DNA of 38,146 nt from Ferrimicrobium sp. GTDB taxonomy: Bacteria; Actinomycetota; Acidimicrobiia; Acidimicrobiales; Acidimicrobiaceae. The stretch's first letter is position 1. Every line of letters starts with the position of its first letter. The DNA lies in contig DAHXNM010000007.1 of the NCBI GenBank assembly GCA_027365375.1, positions 1 to 38,146 on the forward strand, in the 5' to 3' direction. The position numbers and the translations under genes were made by a program. Of the stretch, positions 10,053-19,238 are shown in pieces. The notes beneath the pieces were generated by a model. That model worked only from the letters and a program-made list of their open reading frames with translations, was not told where the DNA came from and did not search any database.

Positions 10053-11255
10053 ATGAAGGAGCTCCTATTTGGGAACTGTTCGCTCGCGGACGTGGATGCA
10101 GATGGCGCACTTCGCTTTATAGCTGACGGACTGGTGCATGTCAGCGACGACAGGATTGTTTTTGCTGGTCCGCGGGCACAGGGCCAGCATCTCACCAAGC
10201 GGCTTGAGCTGCTTGACATGGACTCGATGCTCGTCACCCCAGGACTCATCGACTGTCACACCCATCTGATCTATGCCGGTGATCGCTTGGGCGATCTATT
10301 GGCCCAGCGTGATCCCGACGATCCGAGTCGTGATCGGTTTGAGTCGGGTGGGATCCTTGCGACTGTGGACGCCACGAATCGAGCGTCGCGAGCGTCGCTG
10401 GTCACGCTCGCCCAGAGCCGAATAGATCAGATGGCTGATCATGGGGTGACGACGGTGGAGGTGAAGTCGGGTTATGGCCTGTCGATGGAGGGCGAACGTC
10501 GTCTTCTTGAGATCGCTCGATCACTCTCGGGCTACCAAGGAGTCGAGGTTATAACCTCATTTCTAGGTGCTCATGCGCTGCCAACCGCCTATACATCTCG
10601 GCCGGCCGACTACATCGCGTTACTGACCAAGGAGGTGATGCCGACGTTGGCAGCCGAGGGTCTTATCGATATGGTGGACTGCTTCATCGATCCGGAGGGC
10701 TTCTCGGCCTCGATCGTTACCCCCTACCTTGAGCGTGCTAGAGAGCTTGGCCTCCCAGTTCGTGCTCATGTCGATCAGTTTGGCGCTGCTGGGGGAGGAG
10801 AGCTCGCACTCAGCTTTGGGGCACGCTCAATCGATCATATTGAACACCTTTCGAGCGCTGCCTTGGCGGCTGCTCGTGGATCTGGGACGGTGGCGGTCCT
10901 GCTTCCGTTCGCCTACCTCCATAAGAGTTTCACCACTATCCCGCCGGTTGTGGGTCTGAGGGACAACCAGGTGCCGATGGCGGTGGCGACCGATCTCAAT
11001 CCTGGCACCTCGCCAACGGCCAGCCTGTTGCTCGCGGCCTATCTTTCTGTCACGCTCTACGGATTGCGCCCGGTCGAGGCTTTTGCAGGCATCACCCGAC
11101 GTGCGGCCGAGGCACTTGGGCTTCGCGATCGTGGCTCACTTGACCAGGGCTGTCGGGCCGACCTTGTGGCATGGGAAGTGGACCACCCCTATGAGCTTGT
11201 AGCAAGCGTTTTTGACAGACGCGCTCACCGACTCGGCTCATCCTTGATGGGCTAA
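10053..11255 (+). CDS. hutI: Imidazolonepropionase
   Basis: PGLIDCHTH, EVKSGYGL, FLGAH, HVDQ, DHIEH and ATDLNPGTSP. Starts directly after the hutU stop. Confidence 0.93.
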   Translation: MKELLFGNCSLADVDADGALRFIADGLVHVSDDRIVFAGPRAQGQHLTKRLELLDMDSMLVTPGLIDCHTHLIYAGDRLGDLLAQRDPDDPSRDRFESGGILATVDATNRASRASLVTLAQSRIDQMADHGVTTVEVKSGYGLSMEGERRLLEIARSLSGYQGVEVITSFLGAHALPTAYTSRPADYIALLTKEVMPTLAAEGLIDMVDCFIDPEGFSASIVTPYLERARELGLPVRAHVDQFGAAGGGELALSFGARSIDHIEHLSSAALAAARGSGTVAVLLPFAYLHKSFTTIPPVVGLRDNQVPMAVATDLNPGTSPTASLLLAAYLSVTLYGLRPVEAFAGITRRAAEALGLRDRGSLDQGCRADLVAWEVDHPYELVASVFDRRAHRLGSSLMG

Positions 11256-11393
11256 CACGATCACGGTGGGTTTTGGCCTCTTCATGAGAAGTTTGAGAGA
11301 CCGCCTTGCTAGTCGGTGATCGTCGAAGGAACGAGAAAGCAAGTAGGCTAGCTAGTCAGTTGTAACGTTGACCCCCCTCTAGGAGTACTCTAT

Positions 11394-12236
11394 ATGCCAA
11401 CTAACACTACCAGACGAAGTCGAGGACCGTTGGCGGTTGGACTTGTGGTGGTCGTGATCGTCGCTATCGTCGTGACCTTCCTGGTGACTCGTAAGTCGAA
11501 CCAGTCGGCATCGACGCCTACATCGGCAGCACTAGGTTCGCCAGTGCCAAAGAACGTGCTAGCTAGAGCGACGAGCATTCCCGAGAGTGTGCTAAAGACG
11601 GTTGGTGTCGATCCTGCGCTCGTAGCCTCCCCGCAGGCTATCAAGGGAGGCAAACCACTTGCATTGAACGGCAAACCGGAGCTTCTCTATGTAGGAGCGG
11701 AGTTCTGTCCCTACTGCGCAGCCGAACGCTGGGCGCTAGTAGGTGCACTCTCGAAGTTTGGAAGCTTTAAGGGATTGGAGCTGATGGAGTCGAGCAGCAC
11801 GGATATCTACCCCAATACCAACACCTTCTCCTTCCTGCATGCGAGCTATAGCTCGCCCTATCTCTCGTTGGTCACCCGCGAGATCGAGACCCGAACTCAT
11901 GCCCCCCTACAGACCTTGACCACCAAGGAGAATGATCTTCTCAACCTCTATGACGTGCCTCCGTACGTTCCATCTACCCAGTACAGTGGTTCAATTCCCT
12001 TTGTTGACTTCGCGAACAAGTTTGTGATAGATGGGGCGAGCTACTCGCCGAAGATCCTTGCTGGTTTGAACTGGCAGACCATCGCCGCTACGCTTTCTGA
12101 CCCGACTTCGCCGGTGGCAAAGTCTATTGGTGGCACAGTAAACGAGATCACCGCCGCTGTGTGCGTGATGACACATAACAAACCAGGATCTGTATGCAAG
12201 ACGTCACTCATTCAGGGACTCCAGAAGAAGTTGTAG
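11394..12236 (+). CDS. Membrane-anchored thioredoxin-fold protein (DUF929-like)
   Basis: N-terminal TM helix, [17 protein letters not shown] (CxxC), cis-Pro-like SIPF and a C-terminal Cys pair. AGGAG SD. Confidence 0.8.
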   Translation: MPTNTTRRSRGPLAVGLVVVVIVAIVVTFLVTRKSNQSASTPTSAALGSPVPKNVLARATSIPESVLKTVGVDPALVASPQAIKGGKPLALNGKPELLYVGAEFCPYCAAERWALVGALSKFGSFKGLELMESSSTDIYPNTNTFSFLHASYSSPYLSLVTREIETRTHAPLQTLTTKENDLLNLYDVPPYVPSTQYSGSIPFVDFANKFVIDGASYSPKILAGLNWQTIAATLSDPTSPVAKSIGGTVNEITAAVCVMTHNKPGSVCKTSLIQGLQKKL

Positions 12237-12694
12237 CCGGTTACCCCGCGTGGGTGATCTGGCTGGTTCGCCTCCTTGCACTCGGCGCCCTTGGTGTCGC
12301 GATTTATCTGACCATCGCTCACTATGACACCAAGGTCGCCTTGCTGTGTCCAAACAACTCAACGATCAACTGCCAGGAGGTCACCACCTCGCCGCAGTCG
12401 GTGATCTTCGGGATCCCTGTCGCTGTCCTTGGTCTCGCTTATTACATCGTCGTCTCGATTCTCGCCTGGTGGCCAAGGGCCAAGACGAGCGCTGGCTTTG
12501 AGATGCTTCGCTTGATAGTCGCCCTCGGAGGCGTGGGTTTCATTCTCTACCTGGTCTATGCGGAGATTGTCGATATTGGAGCTATCTGTCTCTGGTGCAC
12601 GAGCGTCCACGTCCTCACAGTGCTCATCTTCTTGGTCTTACTCTACGCCTGGATGACCTACCGGGACCGTCTGGATACAACTACTAGGTCCTGA
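12194..12694 (+). CDS. Vitamin K epoxide reductase (VKOR) family protein
   Basis: About four TM segments, loop cysteines [16 protein letters not shown] and active-site CLWC. Start uncertain (overlaps the upstream gene). Confidence 0.9.
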   Translation: MQDVTHSGTPEEVVAGYPAWVIWLVRLLALGALGVAIYLTIAHYDTKVALLCPNNSTINCQEVTTSPQSVIFGIPVAVLGLAYYIVVSILAWWPRAKTSAGFEMLRLIVALGGVGFILYLVYAEIVDIGAICLWCTSVHVLTVLIFLVLLYAWMTYRDRLDTTTRS

Positions 12695-12799
12695 GAACTA
12701 CATCCGCCTAGGTTGGTGAGTCGAAGCCAGAACCAGCATCCTCTATGGGTGTAGGTGCCGACGTGTTAGATAGGGACGGCAGGAGGCCGGGCGAGGATT

Positions 12800-14758
12800 C
12801 TACTTCTCATGTATGAATGGTTCCGTCGCTCCAGCCGAGCCCGGAGCACCACTAACCTGCTGACGGTCTCCTGTGAGATCGTCAACTACTAGTACTACCC
12901 GTGCAATGACCACTCGTGGTTCGTAAGTAAAGGCTGAGCTGAGCACCAGATTGAGCTGATTGTGAAGCAGTCGATGGCGTAACTTGTGTGGCTCTAGCAC
13001 TGGTATCAAGAGTATGATCCGGTCGTAGTCGAGCAGCTTGTTAGCGATGAAGTCTCTTACCGGTTGAGTAATCGATTGGTAGTCGGTGTCGATCAATTCG
13101 AGTCCGATTCCTGGATCCCACTCGTTCCACTGTTGTTGTAGCTCACTCGCTACTGCATGTTGGTCGGGAAGCACGACACGGATAGCGATCTGATTGTGTG
13201 CCAGCTCTTTGGCGGTGCTGAGTGCCGTTGCCGTCAGTCGTGAGACGTTGGTAACTGGAATCACCACCAGCAGAGACTCGTCTTGGCCCACGGTCGGTTT
13301 GGTGTCCAGCCCGAGTGTACGTTGAACACGCTGATAGTAGGAGTGAATTCGTCGGAAGAGCAGGATAAGAAGTGGAATCACGACTATTACGATCCAGGCA
13401 CCCTCAATGAACTTGGTAGCGATGAAGATGACGGTAGCAAGGGCAGTCAGGACCGCCCCAACTCCGTTGAGCGCCGCCCTGAGTTGCCAGCGCGGTGGCT
13501 TCGCACGATGCCAGTGGACCACCATCCCGGTCTGGGCGATTGTGAAGCCGGTGAAGACGCCGATAGCAAACATCGGAATGAGCGTGTTGGTGTTACCGTT
13601 GACCCCAATAAGAAGTAGTGCAGATAGTACCGCCAGCACGATGATTCCTCTGGCGAGCACCATGCGATCGCTGCGTAGCGTGAGGAAGTGGGGTAGGTAG
13701 TCATCTTGTGCGAGAAGTCCTGCGAGGAGGGGCAGCCCTCCAAAGGACGTATTCGCGGCTAGGGCGAGTTCGAGGACGACGGCGAGGGCGATGATGTAGT
13801 AGAGGACTCCGTGGCCGATGGCGATGACCATAATCTGGTTGAGAACGGTGTTGTTCGTCCTTGGGCCGATATGAAAATGTCCAGCGAGTATCGCGAGACC
13901 TATCAGCATGATTCCAAGGATGACGCCGAGGAGAAGTTCAGTTCGCTTTGCGTGGCGTACTCGAGGTTCGCGAAAGGTCGGAACTCCATTGGCAATCGCC
14001 TCCACCCCAGTGAGTGCGCTGCAGCCAGAGGAGAAGGCCTTCAGGATGAGCAGGATCGAGATAGCCTCGATGGGGTGCAACGAGACCAACGACACTCCTT
14101 GGGCGTGGGCGTGTGGGGCGAGTGGGTGGATGATGCCAAAGAAGATGACGAGAAAAAGGCCAAGAACGAAGACCGCGGTTGGTAGGAAGAACGCGCGTGC
14201 AGCATCACCGAGGCCGCGCAGGTTGAGCAGAGTGACTACGAGCAGTATGGCGATGCAGAGCGGAACTGTTAAAGAGGAGAGCGTCGGGAATGCGGAGACG
14301 AGAGCTTCGACCCCAGCCGATACCGAGACCGCCACGGTAAGCGTGTAGTCGACGATTAGGGAGGCTCCAGCGAGCAAGGAGATACCACGACCGAGGTTTG
14401 CCTTCGATACTGCGTAGCAGCCTCCCCCTTCGGGGTATCCGTCGATGACTTGGCGGTAAGAGATGATCAGGATGGCGAGCAACACGACGATGGCGATGGT
14501 GATTGGCAGGACGAGGTGTAGAGCTCCTAGACCTGCGGTCGCGAGAACTACCATGATGGCTTCGGGTCCGTAGGCGACCGAGGTGAGCGCATCCAGAGAC
14601 AGCGCCGGCAGTCCTGAAAACGTGGAGATCTCCTCGGACTTCATCTCAGTCGAACGCAGCGGCTTTCCGATCACGAGCCTGAAGGCGCTACTTGCCAGTC
14701 CCCCTCGTTCCCGATGACTGTTCGCAGGAGGAACAGGGGACGGAGTTGTCTCAGACAT
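12800..14758 (-). CDS. APC-superfamily permease, KimA/YdaO-like K+ transporter
   Basis: LSLDALTSVAYGPEA, GGGCYAVSK.NLG, DYTLTVAVSVSAG and GCSALTGVEAIANGVP. About 12 TMs plus a cytoplasmic C-terminal domain with LLHNQ. Confidence 0.88.
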   Translation of the reverse strand: MSETTPSPVPPANSHRERGGLASSAFRLVIGKPLRSTEMKSEEISTFSGLPALSLDALTSVAYGPEAIMVVLATAGLGALHLVLPITIAIVVLLAILIISYRQVIDGYPEGGGCYAVSKANLGRGISLLAGASLIVDYTLTVAVSVSAGVEALVSAFPTLSSLTVPLCIAILLVVTLLNLRGLGDAARAFFLPTAVFVLGLFLVIFFGIIHPLAPHAHAQGVSLVSLHPIEAISILLILKAFSSGCSALTGVEAIANGVPTFREPRVRHAKRTELLLGVILGIMLIGLAILAGHFHIGPRTNNTVLNQIMVIAIGHGVLYYIIALAVVLELALAANTSFGGLPLLAGLLAQDDYLPHFLTLRSDRMVLARGIIVLAVLSALLLIGVNGNTNTLIPMFAIGVFTGFTIAQTGMVVHWHRAKPPRWQLRAALNGVGAVLTALATVIFIATKFIEGAWIVIVVIPLLILLFRRIHSYYQRVQRTLGLDTKPTVGQDESLLVVIPVTNVSRLTATALSTAKELAHNQIAIRVVLPDQHAVASELQQQWNEWDPGIGLELIDTDYQSITQPVRDFIANKLLDYDRIILLIPVLEPHKLRHRLLHNQLNLVLSSAFTYEPRVVIARVVLVVDDLTGDRQQVSGAPGSAGATEPFIHEK

Positions 14759-14764
14759 ACCGAG

Positions 14765-14770
14765 ATCCTA
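14765..14770 (-). promoter_or_regulatory. Putative -10 box (TAGGAT) for a leaderless kimA-like transcript
   Basis: Minus strand reads TAGGAT-CTCGGT-ATG (6-nt spacer) with no SD. Confidence 0.5.
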
Positions 14771-14947
14771 GCCCATCGGTTGCATGGTCTAGGTTGGTTG
14801 CCAGCGGAGACAACACTCATGTGATTCGGAGTTGTTCATCTCAACGTCTTGACGCGAGGTCAGAATACACACGCTTTGGAGCACCACCTTGGTGAACATC
14901 GGTGCGCCGATGCCTGTAACGGAGATGTAAGCCGAGCCCTGGTCTTG

Positions 14948-15220
14948 CTAAACCACTACCCGGATGTGACGACGCGCACGAACCATAGCTTTGCGCTCGA
15001 GCTCGTTGCGGCCACCCCAAATACCACGAGACTCACCTTTGGTAAGCGCCCAGTTCAGACAATCTTGTTGAACTGAGCAGCCGCGGCAGACGCGTTTGGC
15101 CTGGTTTTCACGAAGCCTACGCTCTCCTGGTGACTCGCCTCTTGGCTCATCGGGTGGGAAGAAGAGATTCAACCCCCAACCTCGACATGCAGCCAGATCC
15201 CTCCAGTTTTCGCCTGTCAT
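14948..15220 (-). CDS. whiB: WhiB-family Fe-S transcription regulator
   Basis: W...AAC...LFFP...AKRVCRGCSVQQDCL.WAL...GIWGG: four Cys plus the G[IV]WGG turn. G-rich SD before ATG 15220. Confidence 0.92.
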   Translation of the reverse strand: MTGENWRDLAACRGWGLNLFFPPDEPRGESPGERRLRENQAKRVCRGCSVQQDCLNWALTKGESRGIWGGRNELERKAMVRARRHIRVVV

Positions 15221-15318
15221 GTTTCCCCCCATGGATAGCGAACCGCCGTTGTTTGCGGCTGTTCCGATCAGCATAGAAGCTCAGTGAGGTAAAAGTCAAG
15301 CTGTGCGACTGTTCATTT

Positions 15319-16209
15319 TTGGAGCCGATCGCGCCTAGGGTGAAAAGGGTGCAGACATCGAAGGCTCGTATCATACTTTCAGAGCTGGTAGGAGATCCGC
15401 GGCTGGTGCTCGTGACTGGTAAGGGTGGCGTGGGCAAGTCGAGCATCGCTCGTTTGATCGCATTGATCGCGCAGGCTGGAGGACTCAAGCCGTTGCTGAT
15501 ACTCTTTGACGAGTTTGGAGGGGAGTCAGACGGTATTGAACAGGTAATCTTGCTTCCTGATGCCGTGATGCTCGAGTATCTCGAGACACATGGTTTCGGT
15601 CCGCTAGCGCAGCGGCTATTGAAGTCTGGCGTCATCGACGCGGTCTCGACGGCGATCCCGGGTATTCGCGACCTTCTTGTACTGGGCAAGATCAAGCAGC
15701 TCGTGAACTCTGGTATCTACGATCTCGTACTGGTGGACGCACCTGCTTCGGGGCATCTACTCTCGTTACTCTCGTCACCTGACGGTCTTGGCGCGATCGC
15801 GACTGATGGGCCAATAGCTTCACAGAGCGCCGACGTGATTACCCTCCTGCGCGACAAGGAGCTGACCGGTGTGGTCTTGGTCACCCTACCAGAGGAGACT
15901 CCGGTGCAGGAGACGAGCGAGGTGTATAACCATCTGACGACGCTGTTGGCGACGAATGTATTGTCTTGCGTGGTGAATCGTATGCCAGCGATGGTGGACC
16001 GACGCGATGACCTGGCGCCAGGATCGGCCGAGGATCGAGCTAACCACTATCTAGCTGCGCGTTCCAATTTCGCGAGCCAGCAGGCGAAGACGGTTCGTGA
16101 TCTGCTCCCAGTCCCCACTTTTGAGCTTCCCTATGTCGATGACGCTACCCAGCCCACTAGAGCGGCCTTTGCCCTATTCGATCAGCTCGACGAGTGGGGG
16201 TTTCGCTGA
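15319..16209 (+). CDS. ArsA/Get3-like ATPase (Rv3679-type)
   Basis: VTGKGGVGKS, LGKIKQL, VDAPASGH and VTLPEETPVQET. The start may be GTG 15340 or 15349. Confidence 0.85.
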   Translation: MEPIAPRVKRVQTSKARIILSELVGDPRLVLVTGKGGVGKSSIARLIALIAQAGGLKPLLILFDEFGGESDGIEQVILLPDAVMLEYLETHGFGPLAQRLLKSGVIDAVSTAIPGIRDLLVLGKIKQLVNSGIYDLVLVDAPASGHLLSLLSSPDGLGAIATDGPIASQSADVITLLRDKELTGVVLVTLPEETPVQETSEVYNHLTTLLATNVLSCVVNRMPAMVDRRDDLAPGSAEDRANHYLAARSNFASQQAKTVRDLLPVPTFELPYVDDATQPTRAAFALFDQLDEWGFR

Positions 16210-17279
16210 TGGATCTCCTTGAGGCCATTGGAGCCAAGGAGACGATTGTCTGCATCGGGCCTGGAGGTGTCGGCAAGACCACTAGCGCAGCTGCCGCTGG
16301 TCTATTGCTCGCACAAAACGGGCGTAAGGTCTGCGTCTTGACGATCGATCCGGCCCGTCGCCTCGCCTCCGCTCTCGGTCTCGATCAGGTAGGTAATGAG
16401 CCGGTGCTGGCGAGCGAGGAGATGCCGAACTACTGGGTGGCGATGCTCGACCCCAAACAGACTTTCGATGCGATGATCGCTCGTTACTCTTCTTCGAAGG
16501 CCCAAGAGCAGGAGATCGTTGACAACCCTGTCTATCGCAATTTGGTTACCCGACTATCTGGTACCCAGGAGTACATGGCTTTTGAGCGCCTCTGGGAGCT
16601 TAGGGAGAGTCAACGATTTGACATCATTGTCGTTGACACTCCGCCGGCCCAAGCGGCGATCGACTTCCTGCATGCGCCAAGTCGGCTCGCTGGGTTCTTG
16701 GATAATCGTGTGTTCAAGTTCATGCTTAAACCTCCTCCAATCTATCTTCGACCGATTGCGATGGCTACCCGTGGCCTGGTTAAACAGATAGCTAACGTAG
16801 TAGGAGCTGACGTGGTTAACGATACCATGGACTTCTTCCAGGCGTTTTCGGGTATTGAGGATGGTTTTCGTGAACGGGCACTTATGACGAGTGAGTTGCT
16901 CGCCTCCGAGGCGACCAGCTATCTCTTGGTCTCGTCACCAGCTCCAGATGCACTGGCATCGGGGAGTCGCATGGTGGAGTTACTCAAGGGGATCGGACAC
17001 CAAGTCGATAGTGTGCTGATCAACCGAGTGACGCCGACCTACGCCCTGGATCCACGCGATGTTGGAGCACCGGCGCAAGCACGTGCCGATCTTGATCGCC
17101 TTGTGTGGATGCGTGCTCACGAACAGGCGGTGATTGACGAATGGGGAAGAGGCCTATCCCTGCAGGGGTGGTATCTGCTAGAGGACCTGGCCAGTGATGT
17201 GTCGAGCCTCTCCGTGTTGAGTGAGGTCGCCGAGGCGATGCAGCGGTGTGCTTTGGTTCCATTCCGGGAGGTAGAGTAG
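16209..17279 (+). CDS. ArsA/Get3-like ATPase (Rv3680-type)
   Basis: GPGGVGKTT, LTIDPARRLASALG, GTQEYMA.ERL and VVDTPP. TGATG coupling to the upstream gene. Confidence 0.88.
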   Translation: MDLLEAIGAKETIVCIGPGGVGKTTSAAAAGLLLAQNGRKVCVLTIDPARRLASALGLDQVGNEPVLASEEMPNYWVAMLDPKQTFDAMIARYSSSKAQEQEIVDNPVYRNLVTRLSGTQEYMAFERLWELRESQRFDIIVVDTPPAQAAIDFLHAPSRLAGFLDNRVFKFMLKPPPIYLRPIAMATRGLVKQIANVVGADVVNDTMDFFQAFSGIEDGFRERALMTSELLASEATSYLLVSSPAPDALASGSRMVELLKGIGHQVDSVLINRVTPTYALDPRDVGAPAQARADLDRLVWMRAHEQAVIDEWGRGLSLQGWYLLEDLASDVSSLSVLSEVAEAMQRCALVPFREVE

Positions 17280-17290
17280 GATAATCATCT

Positions 17291-17743
17291 ATGGCAGCCA
17301 TTCTTCTTGTCACTGATTCGCCCGAGCTCGAAGAGGAGCTCGCCTCCACGCTCGACGCTGATGAGCATACTCTCTATGCCGTCTCAGAAGGAAGGGCTGT
17401 TCGAGCTGTAGCCGAGGAGATCCAGCCCGATGTCGTGCTGTTGGATTCACAGATCGGCTCTATGGGCGGTATCGCTATCTGCATCGATCTTCGACTTGAG
17501 GCCGACGCTGGAAGACTGGAGCAGACACGTATCATTCTGCTTCTCGATCGTAGGGCTGACGTTTTTACAGCTAAGCGTTCTGGGGCCGATGGGTATCTGG
17601 TCAAACCCTTGAACTCGCTTATGGTAGTTAACGCGGTGGAGACGGTGCTTGATGGCAACCTTTTCCTCGACAACTCTTATCGGCCACTTGACAGTAGCCA
17701 CGAGGTCCAAGAAGCCTCTACACTAGTAGCTGACGGGAAGTAG
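17291..17743 (+). CDS. Stand-alone response regulator receiver domain protein
   Basis: PDVVLLD phosphoacceptor and GADGYLVKP, with no output domain. Its stop codon lies inside the tRNA. Confidence 0.82.
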   Translation: MAAILLVTDSPELEEELASTLDADEHTLYAVSEGRAVRAVAEEIQPDVVLLDSQIGSMGGIAICIDLRLEADAGRLEQTRIILLLDRRADVFTAKRSGADGYLVKPLNSLMVVNAVETVLDGNLFLDNSYRPLDSSHEVQEASTLVADGK

Positions 17744-17810
17744 CGCAGCTTGGCAGCGCGCAGCGTTCGGGACGCTGAGGTCGCGGGTTCAAATCCCGCC
17801 TTCCCGACCA
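17734..17810 (+). tRNA. tRNA-Pro(CGG)
   Basis: 77-nt cloverleaf: acceptor CGGGAAG/CTTCCCG, D-arm GCGC/GCGC, anticodon arm CAGCG-TTCGGGA-CGCTG, T-arm GCGGG-TTCAAAT-CCCGC, A73 and encoded CCA. Confidence 0.98.
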
Positions 17811-17811
17811 T

Positions 17812-18651
17812 ATGAGTACTTCACAAGTGCGCTTTGCCTCAACGGTGATGCTAGTTCGTGAGGCTGCTGGAGCCTTTGAGATCTTGTTGCTGAGGCGGAA
17901 CAAAGATCTTGCCTTCGCAGGAGGGGCTCATGTCTTCCCAGGAGGTTCGGTAGATCCGAGCGACGGTCAGCCCGCGCTGATTGCGCGATGCTCTGGACTT
18001 AGTGCCTCCGAGGCGGACGAGAGACTCGGTACTCCTGGAGCGCTCAGTTTCTACGTGGCGGCCCTTCGTGAAGCCTTCGAGGAGGCGGGTATTCTTCTTG
18101 TCGATGAACCCTCCGATCGATCGACCGATGATCTCGATGGCGAGCTTCGAGACTGCCGTCAGAGCCTTGTGGCAGGGCAGTGCACGTTCACCGAGATTGT
18201 CGAGACTCTCGACCTGCATCTAGATGTAGCTGCGCTTGCTTACGTAGCGCACTGGGTTACACCAGAGGGGGCGCCGAGAAGGTTCGATACCCGCTTCTTC
18301 CTGGCTTCCGTCCCGAGCCATCAGCGCGCAACGCCCGATCGTTCTGAGATCGTTGGCCAAGTGTGGGTGACTCCTTTGGATGCACTTGACCACTATCGTC
18401 GGGGTCACTTCGAGTTGGTGCTCCCAACCGTCAAGAATCTCGAGTTTCTTGCCTCGTTTGACACTGTTGACAACCTGATGAGAGGTGCTCGTTCGTTAAC
18501 CAGCGTTGAACGGATTCAGCCGCGCTTCTATCGAAATGTCGACGGGTCTGTCGCCGTCGCATTACCAGGATCGCTCGAGTATGAGCATGCATCGGAGACG
18601 GTTTTGGCCCACGGAGAGGCGTTGCCCACTCGTCCCAGCCAGGATAGATGA
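17812..18651 (+). CDS. NUDIX hydrolase (Nudt19-like, split NUDIX box)
   Basis: VFPGGSVD, an insertion, then AALREAFEEAG; also HWVTPEG.PRRFDTRFF. Confidence 0.88.
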   Translation: MSTSQVRFASTVMLVREAAGAFEILLLRRNKDLAFAGGAHVFPGGSVDPSDGQPALIARCSGLSASEADERLGTPGALSFYVAALREAFEEAGILLVDEPSDRSTDDLDGELRDCRQSLVAGQCTFTEIVETLDLHLDVAALAYVAHWVTPEGAPRRFDTRFFLASVPSHQRATPDRSEIVGQVWVTPLDALDHYRRGHFELVLPTVKNLEFLASFDTVDNLMRGARSLTSVERIQPRFYRNVDGSVAVALPGSLEYEHASETVLAHGEALPTRPSQDR

Positions 18652-19238
18652 GGCGTTAACAGCCTTCCATAGGCTTGGAGTTCGCATTCAGATTGGCGGC
18701 GACAATCTGGTTTACTAACCGTAATCGATGCTTTATCACTCTCGGCTGGCCATCGCGATCTACAGTCGCGAGATTGCCAAAATGTTCCTGACTCTAAGCT
18801 GCTTTAGGTCGGTTGGTAATTTGCTTGCGGACTCTTCGTCAACACTTCGATAGATGGGCGTAGAGCGGATGTTGAGCCTGCGTGTGGTGCTGCTCATGTC
18901 GATCGAGTGGCTCTTCTGGAATAACTTACAGCGTCTACCTGGGCGAGCACGCTGTTGAACTCGTTGACTCTCACGGCTGCTGTGGTTGGTAGTTGTCGCA
19001 GTAGGCGCCACCGAGACGTTTGCAGCGCGAGCGAACACCTCTTCTGCCTCTAAAAACCTGAGCATAACTACTCAGAGCCTTCTGCGTTATCAGCACACAC
19101 TGATACTGAAACCTGGCTGATCTAGGGTTTCTGCATCAGGTTAGGATGATTAATGTGAACTCAATCTTTACCTTTTGTTCATTGAACGTCTAGTTAGCTG
19201 GGTGGCTCTGTTCACGTTGGCTCGGTAGCTTGAACTCC

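Noticed and set aside
14759-14947. Possible c-di-AMP (ydaO) riboswitch upstream of the KimA-like gene
   Set aside because: Only CCGAATC is present. The other conserved elements are missing and the gene looks leaderless.
17688-17724. TTGACA paired with TACACT as a sigma-70-type tRNA promoter
   Set aside because: The spacer is 25 bp, too long. Only the -10 box is retained as a candidate.
18760-19065. 101-aa minus-strand ORF in the intergenic gap
   Set aside because: No SD and no motif, with a composition typical of spurious ORFs.
17734-19238. tRNA-Pro as the integration site for the downstream accessory block
   Set aside because: No integrase and no visible repeat of the tRNA 3' end. A housekeeping-like NUDIX gene follows immediately.
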